Positions 35,961-47,925 of a DNA stretch of 64,000 nt are shown here, in pieces. The notes under the pieces were generated by a model. It was not told where the DNA came from. It did not search any database and worked only from the letters and a program-made list of their open reading frames with translations. Source of the DNA: Rebecca billardiae RCC1528 (lineage: Eukaryota; Protista; Haptophyta). The stretch spans positions 1,674,001-1,738,000 of the forward strand of contig OZ251227.1 in assembly GCA_965240325.2 (NCBI GenBank), in the 5' to 3' direction. Each line of letters opens with the position of its first letter. Positions within the stretch are counted from its first letter, which is position 1. The translations under genes were made by a program, and so were the position numbers.

Positions 35961-38900
35961 AGGCTGCACCCGCCACCCGCCCCAGCGTCCGCAGCACTCG
36001 GGACCGTGGCGGCAGCAGCTACCTTGACGAATGTGACGGACCGCCAGCTGTCTTAGTATGACGCTGCGGCTGCCAGCTAACCATCAATCTGAGCAGTTCA
36101 TTTAAGAAGTCCTCAGGGCTGGCACGTGCGCACGGCGGCGTCGTCTGCATCAGCGAGTGCCGAGTCTGCAGCGCGCTGTCCGCACCCGGCTACCACGGTA
36201 TCAACGTCTGAACTGAAGGTGGTCGTGATTCGTGAAGTTGCCGCCGGCGTGCAGCGGCGGCTGCAACTCACTCTCTAGTCGTCCAGAAATAGGCCATACT
36301 GTAGCACCTGTAAGCCAACCAGAATTTTAGTTGAAGTCCTGCCTGAATTGAACACACGAGACGAGACACTACAGTATCCATAGATATCATAGTGCCCGGA
36401 CAAGATGGTCACTCCGTATCTCGCCTGCCTAAGCTGTCAGCCTGTGTGCGTCTCTTATTCGTCTCCGCTCTTCCTGTTTCTCTCCACGATCCGGCTCGCC
36501 GAGTTGGTTTGCATCGGGAGTCGCATACAGGCCGCGGCACCGGTCCACCGCACCTGCACTCGCGCCCCCCGTCGTCAGGCCAGCGCTCCTCGCTCTCGCG
36601 GCGCTGAGTCCTTTGTGAGAGCGACCCACCCAGTGGCACGTGCTGTTGGCAGCCGTGCACTGTGCCATGTGTGTACGAGGTAGCCATCCGCTGACCGACA
36701 CACGCTTTCGTGCGCATCGGCTGAGGCGACTGTTCGCCCGCATTCCGCCGCCTCCTCTCGTCTGTCGCGTGACCACCTGCACAGCTCCACCACAGCTCGC
36801 ACGTGTGCGGAGGCTGCTGATGGGCGGAGTGCCGCCCACTTGCGCGCTGGCCGCTGACTGCGTGGCGTGATCCCGTGCCTGAGACGCGCCTCACTCGAGC
36901 GCTCCTCTTGCTCGGCAGCAGTGGTCGATGAGTGAAACAGCCAGACGCCCATTGAATGCATCGGCATGTGTTTGTGACGGCAGGGCGTGTGCGCACCGCT
37001 ACCGCCTCACTGAGCCCAGGTCTGACGGCGTGCGCTTTGCCTGCGGCGGAGGGTCACTGTCGTCGCCTGTCGTCACAATCACGGCACGACGACAGTGATT
37101 TCGAAGCGCCGAGCGCGCGACGACGAGCAGGCGTAACCGATTCAGCCACTACAGTCGACGGATGTCACGTCTGTAGCCGAGACATGATGTCCCTGGCCGA
37201 GCGCCCAGCTGTATCAGACTGACCACTATCACCGACTACGATGATCCTCCTTTTCCTCCCTCTCTTCTTCCCCCCGGAGCGTTGCGCCAGCTGGACAAAC
37301 GCGAAGGACCCAAGACCCAGGATCCTTGGACTTGTGGAGGGCCCTGGCGAGACCTGCACTCGGATCGGGGCCCTCTCTCGCTGTGCCGCTTTCGGCGCAC
37401 GCCCGGCCGCGCGGCGGGCGACGTGTGCGCACGCCGTGCAGCTCGCGGCGCGTGCGCATTGGCTAGCTGGCACACGTCTCCCGACGCACAAGGCAAATGA
37501 CCGCAGCTGGAATGCTCTTTCGCGCCGCAAGAACGCGTGCGAGGCCGGTCGCCGCGGCCGAGCGGCGTGGCCGTGCCGCCTGCACGCTGGGCGCCCATGG
37601 ACGTGGCTTCGCCGCGCGCGCTGAGGCCGGCGAGCGTCGCGACCGACTTCCACGACGCGTGCGACGCGCCATCTGCCCGCTTCCTTGCCTGTGACGCACG
37701 TCTTCTGCGGGCAATGGCGACTCGCGCGCCCATGCGGCGGCGAAGCCGCCATCCCGCATCCGCCGCGCTTTGCCGTTGGACAGCGCGGAACATTTCTTTT
37801 TGAAAAGCGCCGATCTGAAAAGACCGGAAGGCGTTTGTCCAGCTGGCGCAACGCCCCTGCTAGCCCCTCCTGCTCAGCCGAAGCCCACGTCCGGCCTGCA
37901 TGGCGTCGACGGTGACCAATGCGACGGAAGCGCAGCGCCAACGGCGTACGACGCGCAGCGGACGCACCTCCCGGGTCTGTCGCCGTGGCAGCAACCGCGT
38001 CGTCGCGAGTTGGCGACCCTCGCCGCAGCGCGACACAGACAAGCCCGTGATGCCATCCGCAGAGAGATGAAACGTCGAGCATGCAACATCGCCGCGCCAT
38101 GGCCTCGTCCATGGCGCAGGCGCTGCGGGACGAGGCGGAAGTCGTCACGCCGGTGACGGATGCGCTGCGATTCGTGTGCTCGCGTGAGCAGCGCTTGCCC
38201 ACTCTCGATCGCGAGTGGCACACGCTGTCGCTGTGCGCGCGCGCGCGCACAACCAACAGCTCCTCGTGCCGCCGAGCACGCGAGCGCCAGACCTGTCGAA
38301 GATGCGAAGAGCGACGACCGCGTTAACGTCAACGCGCTCGTGCTCAGCGTGGTGGCCGTGTACGACGTCAACGCGACCTGCGCCGAGCCCATCATGCCTG
38401 GAGCCGACATCGACAAGCATCCTCGCGACGACCGCTCTCGGCTGGCGGCAGGAGGACATGCACATGATCTACTCTGGCGGCTTCGTCGGCGGCGAGGCGC
38501 TCGATTACGCCATCGCGGTCGACATGCGGCACATACAGCGCGTACCCGCGCTCGCGCGGAGCAACGGGCTACCCGCCCCGCCCCGCGTGCTGCACATTCC
38601 CTCGTGGGTGTGGGCCTCGCTGATGCGCATACAATACTCTAAGAGTACAGACCGTGAAACGTGTGTACATCACGTCGGGGAGCCAACTTCACGTGTCACT
38701 GGTCCTTGCACTCGACTGTCCGTCACCCACGGCCACGAGCGAATGTGGAAAGACGCGAACCCGCAAAGGATACATTGCGACAGCACTGGCACGGCCCGCC
38801 GACCCCCCCGCCCGCCAGGGCACAGTTTGAATTTTAGCGCGCGCGGGTGGCAGCGGAGCGCAACCAACCCGCGGAGTGTCCGAAGGAGATCTCCGAGACG

Positions 38901-39004
38901 CAAAATGTGAGCCAATTCTTGTCGCCTGCGCACCAACCTTGCGCCCGGGACCGACCATCAAAGCCTGAGTGAGTCTCCCGTGAGTCTCCCGGCGCTGTAC
39001 GGAA

Positions 39005-39130
39005 TAAGCTCGCGCAGGAGCTTATCTCAGCCCTGGCTGATTTAAGGGCTTAAATCAGCCCTGGCTGATTTAAGGGCTTAAATCAGCCCGGGCTGAGATA
39101 AGCTTATTAAATCAGCCCGGGCTGATTTAG
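39005..39130. repeat. Cluster of palindromes AAATCAGCCC(T/G)GGCTGATTT
   Basis: Four copies, spaced by TAAGGGCTTA / ATAAGCTTAT palindromes. Confidence 0.8.
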
Positions 39131-39197
39131 CGCTGCCGATCGGCGACGGCTTCATGGGCGGTGACAGTTGGCGGGCGTCACTGATCTCGCTTATTTT

Positions 39198-39559
39198 ATC
39201 TCGCCTGAGGCCTGAGCTGTGTGCGTCTCTTATTCTTAGTAAACTGTGATGGCGCGGCACTACCTGCCACCGTGAGCCTTACGCACGTTAAAACAAATAA
39301 ACTGTAAGGGGGGTGTCCCCCGGCACTGGGCGGCTAGGTGTGCGCCCGCACACCTCGCCAGGCTGGCTACAGTTTTATTACTGTCGTGCTCTTGCTTGCG
39401 TCTGAGGTCATGGGTTCAAAACCAGTTTCCAGGTCTCTCTTCGGAGAGCGTGCGATGCTGAAGGATGGCGCGGCAACCTGCCACCGTGAGCCTTACGCAC
39501 GTTAAAACAAATAATAAACTGTAAGAATAAGAGACGCACACAGCTCAGGCAGGCGAGAT
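39198..39559. mobile_element. Composite MITE: ~40-bp outer inverted repeats with a nested TA-flanked CAGTTT(T)A...TAAACTG unit (39370-39521)
   Basis: ATCTCGCCTG..GTGTGCGTCTCTTATTCTTA is inverted at 39522-39559. Solo copies at ~4892-4921 and ~36419-36460. Internal ~60-bp direct repeat. Confidence 0.65.
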
Positions 39560-40231
39560 TGACGCCCGTAGGTGTGCATCCGCCCACCCTCGCGTCGTCA
39601 GAACTTTTGGAAAGGAAAGTCGCGCCAAGGCGGCCCCGGCCTTCTCTCACGGCGGCGCAAGGGGCGCGGGGGCGCTGGCTCGCGATCCGAAGGGCAGTCG
39701 CTCGCGACCTCGCTTGGGCGGCGGCAGCGGCGCTGCGGCATACTGTTTGCCACCTGCGCGGCTGTGTGCGATCGCGCGGTCCCGTTCGTCGCCACGCCGC
39801 GCGCGACCGTTCACGCCAGTCTTTCCGCACTGTGAGTCACAAGTAGTGTGAGCACCCCTTGCCAGCGCACGGTGGCGGAGAGCCCAGACACCCCGTCACG
39901 CGCGCGACGTCCTTGTGGGGTGCGATGTACCCTGGTTGAGGTTCTTTGGGTTCCCGGAGGCACGCGCTTGCCCACGGGGTGGGCATGAGGATCATGGACG
40001 ACTGCTGCGCTGTCCATGACTCGTTGACCGATTGGCAGACGATGACTCATCTTGCAGTGGCAGTAGAGAGTGGTCTGGATGCTGAACAGGCTCACCAAAC
40101 TGCACCAAAACGCAGGCGCATGCTATAGCATTATGATATAGTGTGAGTCACACTCGGGAACTTGTATGGGGGTACCGGGTACGTAGAGTGTTCACTCAGT
40201 GTTCATCAGCGGGGCGAGGCTGCCGCGGGGA

Positions 40232-41710
40232 ATGGAGGCGCGCACGGCATGGCTCGTGATAGCGTGCTCATGGTCGTGCATGGCTGGGTCGCTGGGCATG
40301 TTCTATTCCTGGGGAGTTCTCTACCCGCTGGCGCTTCGTGACTACAGGAATCTGCGGGACGGCGTGACGGAAAGCTCCGTTGCCGGTGCGAGCACAATTG
40401 CTCTTGGCTTCTTTGCCGCCGCCGGCGCCCTCGGGAGCAGGCTCGTGAAGTCTCTAGGGCACAAGTTTGTGCTCGGGGCGGGCATCTTCCTGGTTTACAT
40501 CGGCTCGGAGGCACAGGTGCGCTCCCTGACCATCGAGGGCCTGTACGTGTCCTTTGGCTGCGCAGTTGGAACCGGGGCTGCGCTCGTGTACCTCACCGCG
40601 TACACGCTGCCAACGCTCTACCACTTTGGAGAGTGGCAGGGCCTGGCGACGGGCGTCGTGTCCACCGGGTCGATGGTGGGACAGCTCCTGGTGAGCAGCG
40701 TCTATGCCCACGGCCTTGCAGCCGGTGCTGATTGGCGGACCATGCTTGCAATCACCGCTCGAATCACAGCGGTGGCTGGGTTCACGATGCTAATGCTGCT
40801 CTTCATGTTGAGCAGGTCCAACACTACGTGTTCACCGGCCTGGACCGGGCGTGATTCGAGGCAAGATCTCCAGTTGGAGCAGGCCCCATTCGACCCAGAA
40901 TCGAGCACGCTGCCAGATGCTGTGCAAGAGTCAAACTCACCGCGCGAGTCTCTGCATGTGCACTCATCACCAGCGTCACTTGATGAGGGCACAGTTGCCC
41001 CTGCAGCAGATCACAGGCAGAGCCCCGGCCCCGATCACGAGCTGGGTGAGGGGAAGCAGGGACTGCCTGGTTGGTTGGACTTTGCCCTGTGTAGCTCATG
41101 TATCCGCCTGACCATTGCTGCTAACACTGGAGGCCTGGCCGTGTACACTGCCAACAACTTTCTCATGGCACAGGCAGTGGCATTTGGCATTGATGACTCG
41201 ACAATGCTGATGGCGCTGGCGATCATGCTATCGGCCGCCGGCATTGGTGTGCGTCTTTTTTCGGCCCACATTGCCGTCGACCGACTTGGACTCTCGCCGT
41301 TCTGGTGCTGGCGAGTGGCCATCGGCACAATGGGCTGTGTGTGCTTGCTGCCAGCAGCCCTCGGCACAGTGATTCCGCGCATCGCAATGGGCTCGTTTGC
41401 TTTGTGTCTTGGGAGCTGCCTGGGTATTTGGGCCTCATTCTACCCCCTCTTGCTCGCCGAGCTCTTCGGGAAGCAGAACGTAACGCACGTTTTCGGCATG
41501 CTTCAGGCTCTCGAGTCCCCCGGCATGTTTGCTGGTCCGCTCATTTTTGGCCTCATTGCTGACCGTTTTGGTGGGGCGTATGCCTCGAGCTGGATCCTCA
41601 TTGGTGTGTGTCCGATCATTGGAGCAGCGCTTTGCCGAGGCATCACTGCAGAGCTCGTTCAGAGCGAGCTTGGGCTCGTGCAGCGCCGGCGGCGGCCGCC
41701 CCTGCGCTAA
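40232..41710 (+). CDS. MFS transporter (monocarboxylate-transporter-like)
   Basis: GMFYSWGVLY, GLATGVVSTGSMVG, LAELFGKQN...VFG, GPLIFGLIADRFGG.Y; 12-TM layout with central loop. Intronless. Confidence 0.88.
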   Translation: MEARTAWLVIACSWSCMAGSLGMFYSWGVLYPLALRDYRNLRDGVTESSVAGASTIALGFFAAAGALGSRLVKSLGHKFVLGAGIFLVYIGSEAQVRSLTIEGLYVSFGCAVGTGAALVYLTAYTLPTLYHFGEWQGLATGVVSTGSMVGQLLVSSVYAHGLAAGADWRTMLAITARITAVAGFTMLMLLFMLSRSNTTCSPAWTGRDSRQDLQLEQAPFDPESSTLPDAVQESNSPRESLHVHSSPASLDEGTVAPAADHRQSPGPDHELGEGKQGLPGWLDFALCSSCIRLTIAANTGGLAVYTANNFLMAQAVAFGIDDSTMLMALAIMLSAAGIGVRLFSAHIAVDRLGLSPFWCWRVAIGTMGCVCLLPAALGTVIPRIAMGSFALCLGSCLGIWASFYPLLLAELFGKQNVTHVFGMLQALESPGMFAGPLIFGLIADRFGGAYASSWILIGVCPIIGAALCRGITAELVQSELGLVQRRRRPPLR

Positions 41711-42250
41711 CCTTTTCATGGGCGCCGGGCCTCGTCTGCCTACTACTGGCAAGCTCGGACAGTGTCGACCGCCCCCGCCGCACGCCCCCGCACGCTGCGC
41801 CGGGCGTTGGTCGGCACTGCACTAGCTTAACAGTTCCAGTGTACTGTGCATACAGTATAGTCTGTATGGCGGGCCGTAGGTCCGCCCCTTGTACTGCCCG
41901 GGAAATAAAAGAAAAGAAAATTAAAAGAAATCGCCTCGCCAAGAAATGACATAAAATGAAAACTCGCTTCTGCTCACTACGGGGCGCCCTCGCTGCTCGC
42001 AGCTCCCAGTGCTCCCACTGGGGACGCTCGGCCGAAAATCTGTTCAGGATGGCGCGGAGCGCGTGGGCGGCGCGCGCCAGATCCAACGCCGGCGCGGACC
42101 TGGCTCCGGCTCGGGTCCACCCCCCCCCCAGCTCCGTTACGTCTTGGCCCCGAGCCGAAGTCAACCAAGCGGACCATGTCACAGCAGAGTCCCTTCCGAC
42201 CCCCGATTGATGAGTTTGATGACTTCAACGAGAAATCGGTCGCATCCGAC

Positions 42251-42422
42251 CACCTCCCAATAGGTTCAGACTCTATTTTACTATGTAATTACCCGTCCCT
42301 TACTCAGATTTCAGCACAATCCGGGCGGAGCGTTCCGGACACCGGTATACATATATATGCGAAAATGGTACCAGGACTGGGTATTTAGTTATAGAAAATA
42401 GAGTCTGAACCTATTGGAGGTG
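42251..42422. mobile_element. Small MITE-like inverted repeat (~30-bp arms)
   Basis: CACCTCCCAATAGGTTCAGACTCTATTTT versus AAAATAGAGTCTGAACCTATTGGAGGTG. Confidence 0.65.
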
Positions 42423-43518
42423 TTAATATGGCTGATGATCCATCTGGCCGTAATGTCGTCCAAGGGACAGCCTGGGGTGGTCTAGGAGCTATCGTAGATC
42501 ATCAGAGGCGGCGCGATCCGCTGCCGATTGCAGTGTCAAGATGTAACGCTCCAGTGACCGGACTGGGGGGGGGGGACCGAAGCCGGAGCCGACATCGCTC
42601 GACGATTCCCGAGACGTGTTTTTGCCCGATTCGCGATTGCTGCCCTCGTCGTCTCGCGTGCAGGTCGCACGGGGGCTAAATCGACCCGTTTGGAGCGGTA
42701 CGCTCGGCGCGTCGGCACGATCGTGCGACCTGGGGCAGTCCTCGCCCGACTTGCACGTCGAGCGCTCGCACGGGCCATATTAATATCAAGCGCTGCGCAC
42801 GACAACCACCTCGCGCGATCCACTGCCGCGCGTCGGGCTCGGTGCAGAAAGACCCTCATCACGAGGTGTCTCGCGGGCGGGAAGCGCCTCGCACGCGACG
42901 CAAGATTTGGCGCGGCCTTCTGGACTCGATCGCCGGAATCCGCGCACCGGACCACCCTCTCTCATCAGCCTGAAACGGCCGAGCGGGCTCGACGCGAGCC
43001 CGCTTGGGAGAACACACCTCACCGCGGCGGCCTCGCAGGTCAGACGGCGCGGGAGGGGTGCGTGCGTAGCTGGTGCTCATGACGGGAGGAGCTGTGTGTT
43101 GGCGCACCTTGTCGTGCGCGCGCAGCCAAGCTCGCGTGCCGCTCTCCTGCTTCCACTCGAGTGCATGCGCGACACGCGTGTCTCTCCAGCGCTCGAAGAG
43201 GACGGGCGGGTCGCGTGCGGATGTAGCGCAGCTGCACACACTCCAATCATCCGCGACCGCAACCACCAGCCACGGTCGCCCTGCTGCCAAGCAGACTGTG
43301 CGTGAACACAGCGCGCGCAAGGCAAGCCATGCGCGCGCGCGCGCGACATGGTGCCAGTGCGAGTGACGACGAGGAGGAGGGCGAGCTGGCACCGCACGAG
43401 ATCACTGGGTGATGGCGGGCTCGTCGCGGCCCATCGTACCGTCACTAGCACCCGATGCACCCCCGTCCACCACTCGAACTCATCGCGGCGCGCCGCGCAG
43501 TGCGAGGCTGCGTCCCGC

Positions 43519-43581
43519 GAGGGCACCGTGCCCTCAGAGCCCCACGAGGGCACGGTGCCCTCCAGAGGGCACGGTGCCCTC
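43519..43581. repeat. Three copies of the 17-bp palindrome GAGGGCAC(C/G)GTGCCCTC
   Basis: Read directly from the sequence. Confidence 0.85.
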
Positions 43582-43633
43582 ACGGTCAGGGCAGATTAGC
43601 ACCACTGTAGGACGACGCGGGTCTCAGAAGAGT

Positions 43634-45468
43634 CACTACAAAAAGTCTCCGCCAGCGGAGCATCCGGGCAAGGGGCCCAGACCCTCCGCCGGCGGAGATT
43701 TTTGTGGCCACGAAAAATCCCCGCTGGCGGAGCATGGAATGCTCCGCTGGCCGGAGCCTGGGCTTGCAGGAATGACACAACAAACTAGTTATGGTACCAG
43801 AAGTCTGTCAACCACCGAACAGCAGTCACCTCCGCTGGCGGAGCTCGCTAATGAGCCGTGCCTTTTGTAAACGAATACACTCGGCACTTGAACTGAGCTC
43901 CGCTGGCGGAGCTTCGGGGGCGCCGAATGCCATTCTTGATGACCCACCTGACTTGAACTGAGCTCCGCTGGCGGAGCGTCGGTGGTCAGCGCCGTGTGTC
44001 ATATCGGAGAAATAATGCTAAGCCTTTCAACGCATTCATACTCTGCTGTGCCACACATTCAACCTCCGCTGGCGGAGCTCACTGGCCTATCAGTCGACTT
44101 GAACTGAGCTCCACTGGTGGAGCCTCGGCTGCGCCGAATGTCCTTAATCGATGACCCACTCTCGACTTGAGCTGAGCTCCCCTGGCGGAGCTTTGGTGGC
44201 GCCGCATGTCATATTGGAGTAACGCGGAAGCGTCAACCGTAGTCATATCTATATTGAGACTCAACCTCCGCTGGCGGAGCTCGCGGACGACCTACTAGTA
44301 TTCAACTTTAACTGAGCTCCGCTGGCGGAGCCTCGGGGTGTGTCGAATGTCCTTATCGATGGCCGACGTCTTGACTTGAGCTGAGCTCCGCTGACGGAGC
44401 TTTGGTGGCGCCGCATGCCATTTATGGGAATAATGTGAAGCCGTTAACCATAATCATATCCATATTGACACTCAACCTCCGCTGGCCGAGCTCACTGACC
44501 TATTCGACTTGAGCTGAGCTCCGCTGGCGGAGCTTTGGTGGCGCCGCATGTCATATTGGAGTAATGCGAAGCCGTCAACCGTAATCATATCCATATTGAT
44601 ACTCAACCTCCGCTGGCGGAGCTCACTGGCCTATTCGACTTGAACTGAGCTCCGCTGGCGGAGCCTCGGCTCCGCCGAATGTCCTTATTGATGGCCCACG
44701 TCTTGACTTGAGCTGAGCTCCGCTGGCGGAGCTTTGCTGGCGCCGCATGTCATATTGGAGTAATGCAAAGCCGTTAACTACCGTAATCATATCCATATTG
44801 ACACTCAACCTCCGCTGGCGGAGCTCGCGGGCCTATTCAACTTGAACTGAGCTCCGCTGGCGGAGCCTCGGCTGCGCCGAATGTCCTTATCGATGGCCCA
44901 CTTGACTTGAGCTGAGCTCCGCTGGCGGAGCTTTGGTGGCGCCGCATGTCATATTGGAGTAATGCAACGCCGTTAACTACCGTAATCATATCCATATTGA
45001 CACTCAACCTCCGCTGGCGGAGCTCGCGGGCCTATTCAACTTGAACTGAGCTCCGCTGGCGGAGCCTCGGCTGCGCCGAATGTCTTTATCGATGGCCCAC
45101 GACTTGACTTGAGCTGAGCTCCGCTGGCGGAGCTTTGGTGGCGCCGCATGTCATATTGGAGTAATGCAACGCCGTTAACTACCGTAATCATATCCATATT
45201 GACACTCAACCTCCGCTGGCGGAGCTCGCGGGCCTATTCAACTTGAACTGAGCTCCGCTGGCGGAGCCTCGGCTGCGCCGAATGTCTTTATCGATGGCCC
45301 ACGACTTGACTTCAGCTGAGCTCCGCTGGCGGAGCTTTGGTGGCACCGAATGTCATATTGGAGTAATGCGAAGTCGTTAACCGTAATACTATCCATATTG
45401 ACACTCAACCTCCGCTGGCGGAGCTCGCGGACCTATTCAACTTGAACTGAGCTCCGCTGGCGGAGCCT
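43634..45468 (+). repeat. CACTA-like terminus followed by a higher-order (~200-bp) array of the palindrome CTCCGCTGGCGGAG
   Basis: CACTACAAAAA at 43634, then about 29 copies of the 14-mer arranged three per 199-202-bp unit (e.g. 44608, 44810, 45009, 45211, 45410). Confidence 0.85.
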
Positions 45469-45871
45469 CTGCTTGTGGTTTGCTGCAATTGGGGCTGGGC
45501 AGCCTGGGCTCAGCATGGGGCAGCTGTTCACAGCCCAGGCGGGGCGTCACCGCCTGTGAGCCGTCGGTGGGCAGGGCCGACGGCGTCGCAGAGCTCATGC
45601 GTGGGAGCAGCGCGTCGAGGAAGCGATCAAGGTCGAGAAGGAAGGGGCAAGCAGCAGGGGCTGCCTGTACGTTTGTACATGCCTTCTCTGGATAGAATCT
45701 AGAGAAAAAGGTACATGGAACGAGTAGCGATCATTCATCGGTTTTTTTTATAAGGCCCGACCCTTTTTTATTTACGCGTCGTCGTCATGAGCATGAAATA
45801 AAGGGGCTTGTGGTACCAGACAGGGCCACGTCCTTGGTGGATCGTGCCCCACCGCGCGGATCGAGAGCGCG

Positions 45872-47101
45872 ATGACGACCGCCGTGCTCCTGCGCCGCGC
45901 GCTTCTTCGCCGTGCGGTTCGCGGCCATGCGGCTTGGGTCCCGAAGGCCACGATAACGACAGTGTCCATCGAGCCTGTCGTCAGCGAGGCGGACGCGCGT
46001 GAGCTGCACGCGTTCGAGGCCAAGATGGACCGCGAATACTTTGGGATCCCTGTCATTGCGACAGAGGACGAGTACGTGCACCATATCCGCTCAGGCCGAG
46101 CAAATGCGTTTGTGGCGCGTGCTTGGACGCACGAGGCCGGCACGCCTGCTGCTCGCGGTGCCGTCGTCGGGCTCGCAACGTACTCAATGAGTCTCAACCT
46201 GTGGGATGGCCCGCAGCTCTACTGGGAGCACTGCACTTTCGACAAGAACTTCCGCGGCTACGGCCTCTTTGATGGCTTCCTCGGAAGTATCTGCCAGAGG
46301 GCATCCGACGCCGGGATTGTGCAGGTGTGCTGGACGCTCAGCGACTGGAATCACAGGCCGTATGCCCTCTACGCACGCCTTGCGGACGAGTGGTTCGAGC
46401 CGCACCCGGGTCACCCGCACTCCAGCGGCCAGCGCGTGAACTTCTACATCGACAAGGATCAGATTGCAGCGGCAGGCGCACATGGGCCGTGTTCGCCTGT
46501 TGAGGAGTTGCCTGTGACCGTTTCCCTCGCCACGCCAGAGGATGCCGACGAAATTCATGCACTGGCCTCCAGCCTTGCCCCTGAGTGCGTGGCTTGCGAC
46601 GTCGGGCAAGCTCATCATGGGCAGCACGGCGCAGGGCCTGGCTCGCCGCCTCGCACGAGCGCACGCGATGTCGCCGAGGCCATCTCAGATGGGCGTGTCG
46701 TTTGCGTGAGCGCGCGGTGGAATGGCAACGTCGTTGGGGTCGCCTACTGCATGCGCGTCTTCTGCAGCAATATTGGCCCGGAGCTCGTCCTCAACTTCGT
46801 GGGTGTGCGTGAGGCGCACCGCAGGCAGGGCATTGGCGCCGCAATGTTGAATGCCGTGCGGCGGCACGCGAGCGACACGGACGAGCGAGGCATTCGCATC
46901 TTCGTGCCGGAGTGGAACACCCCAGCAATCGCCTTTCTTTCCGGGCCGCATGTCGGAGCCAAGGAATGGCTGGACCCTCACCCAAGCTTCCCTGACCAAC
47001 CGGGCAAACGCTTTTGCTTTGTCTGCCGTGGCGACAAGTTGCGGGCCGCCGCCGCCCGCCACCGTGAGCGTGGACCAGGTCACGTCTTCAAGATTCAGTA
47101 G
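45872..47101 (+). CDS. Tandem (two-domain) GNAT N-acetyltransferase, diamine-acetyltransferase-like, with possible mitochondrial presequence
   Basis: Two GNAT units: VVGLATY..FRGYG..DWNHRPYALY and VVGVAY..HRRQGIGAAML..EWNTPAIAF. Arg/Leu-rich N-terminus lacking acidic residues. Intronless. Confidence 0.82.
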   Translation: MTTAVLLRRALLRRAVRGHAAWVPKATITTVSIEPVVSEADARELHAFEAKMDREYFGIPVIATEDEYVHHIRSGRANAFVARAWTHEAGTPAARGAVVGLATYSMSLNLWDGPQLYWEHCTFDKNFRGYGLFDGFLGSICQRASDAGIVQVCWTLSDWNHRPYALYARLADEWFEPHPGHPHSSGQRVNFYIDKDQIAAAGAHGPCSPVEELPVTVSLATPEDADEIHALASSLAPECVACDVGQAHHGQHGAGPGSPPRTSARDVAEAISDGRVVCVSARWNGNVVGVAYCMRVFCSNIGPELVLNFVGVREAHRRQGIGAAMLNAVRRHASDTDERGIRIFVPEWNTPAIAFLSGPHVGAKEWLDPHPSFPDQPGKRFCFVCRGDKLRAAAARHRERGPGHVFKIQ

Positions 47102-47925
47102 TCGTCGTCGCGATTGTTTTATTGAAAGTGAGGACGTGAAGGATATGATACGATGACGTTATGGCCCGCGGTGCAGGGCGGAGCGCGCAGCGTGGAGCCC
47201 GCACCAGCGGGCCCGAACCACGTTTCAAAAAGATCTTTGATCATGAAAAAAGGGACGGGGGGCGATTTTTAGGGCTGGCGGAGACCGAGTTTCGAGTTTT
47301 TGAGATCGCATAGAGAGGTCTATTAGGCCGAAAAAAAGCGCGTCCAGCTGATTCCCTTAAGTAAAGTGCGATCTGGACGTCAGCTGGACGTGACATTAGT
47401 GTAACGGTTCGTTACGAGCGCGATTTTAAGTATGAGATTGCCGCCAACCAACCGCCAACCGCCATAAAAACGGCAAGGCAAGGGCTCGGGAAACTTGATC
47501 ACTTCTAAATGTGAATAGTAAAATGCTCTCCCCGAGCGCGCCTGTCGCCTCGCAGGCCGCAGTATGAGATTGCCGCCAACCGCCAACCGATAAAATTAAA
47601 AACGGCAAGGCAAGTTGGACACTAATGGACATTTGGCATCTAAGCTAGTTGTCAGACGGACGTCCGATTTGACGGGTGCCGGGTGCGGTCTCAGGTCCGC
47701 TGCTGTGATTGTAGTGTGAAGTGTGATGAATGAGTCTCGCGCGGGATCGCAGGCAGGGCGACGGCCGGGACTAATATAGTTAGACTGTACTCTGTTCAGT
47801 TGAGTCTCGGAACCGACTTCAACTGGCGAACTGCCACTACGGCAGAGAGCCGCGATTGCACGGCCACCGCGGGCCCCCAACTGCGTTGATTCTGTGCAGG
47901 AAAGGACCGCGGAACGCGGTCATAT

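Noticed and set aside
4892-39238. One giant 34-kb element bounded by TAAGAATAAGAGACGCACACAGC inverted copies
   Set aside because: It would enclose ordinary housekeeping genes, has no TSD, and the motif is a dispersed MITE end with four copies.
43646-45468. CRISPR array
   Set aside because: The spacers are not unique (three types recur with a ~200-bp period), the repeat core is only 14-20 bp, no cas genes are present, and the context is eukaryotic.
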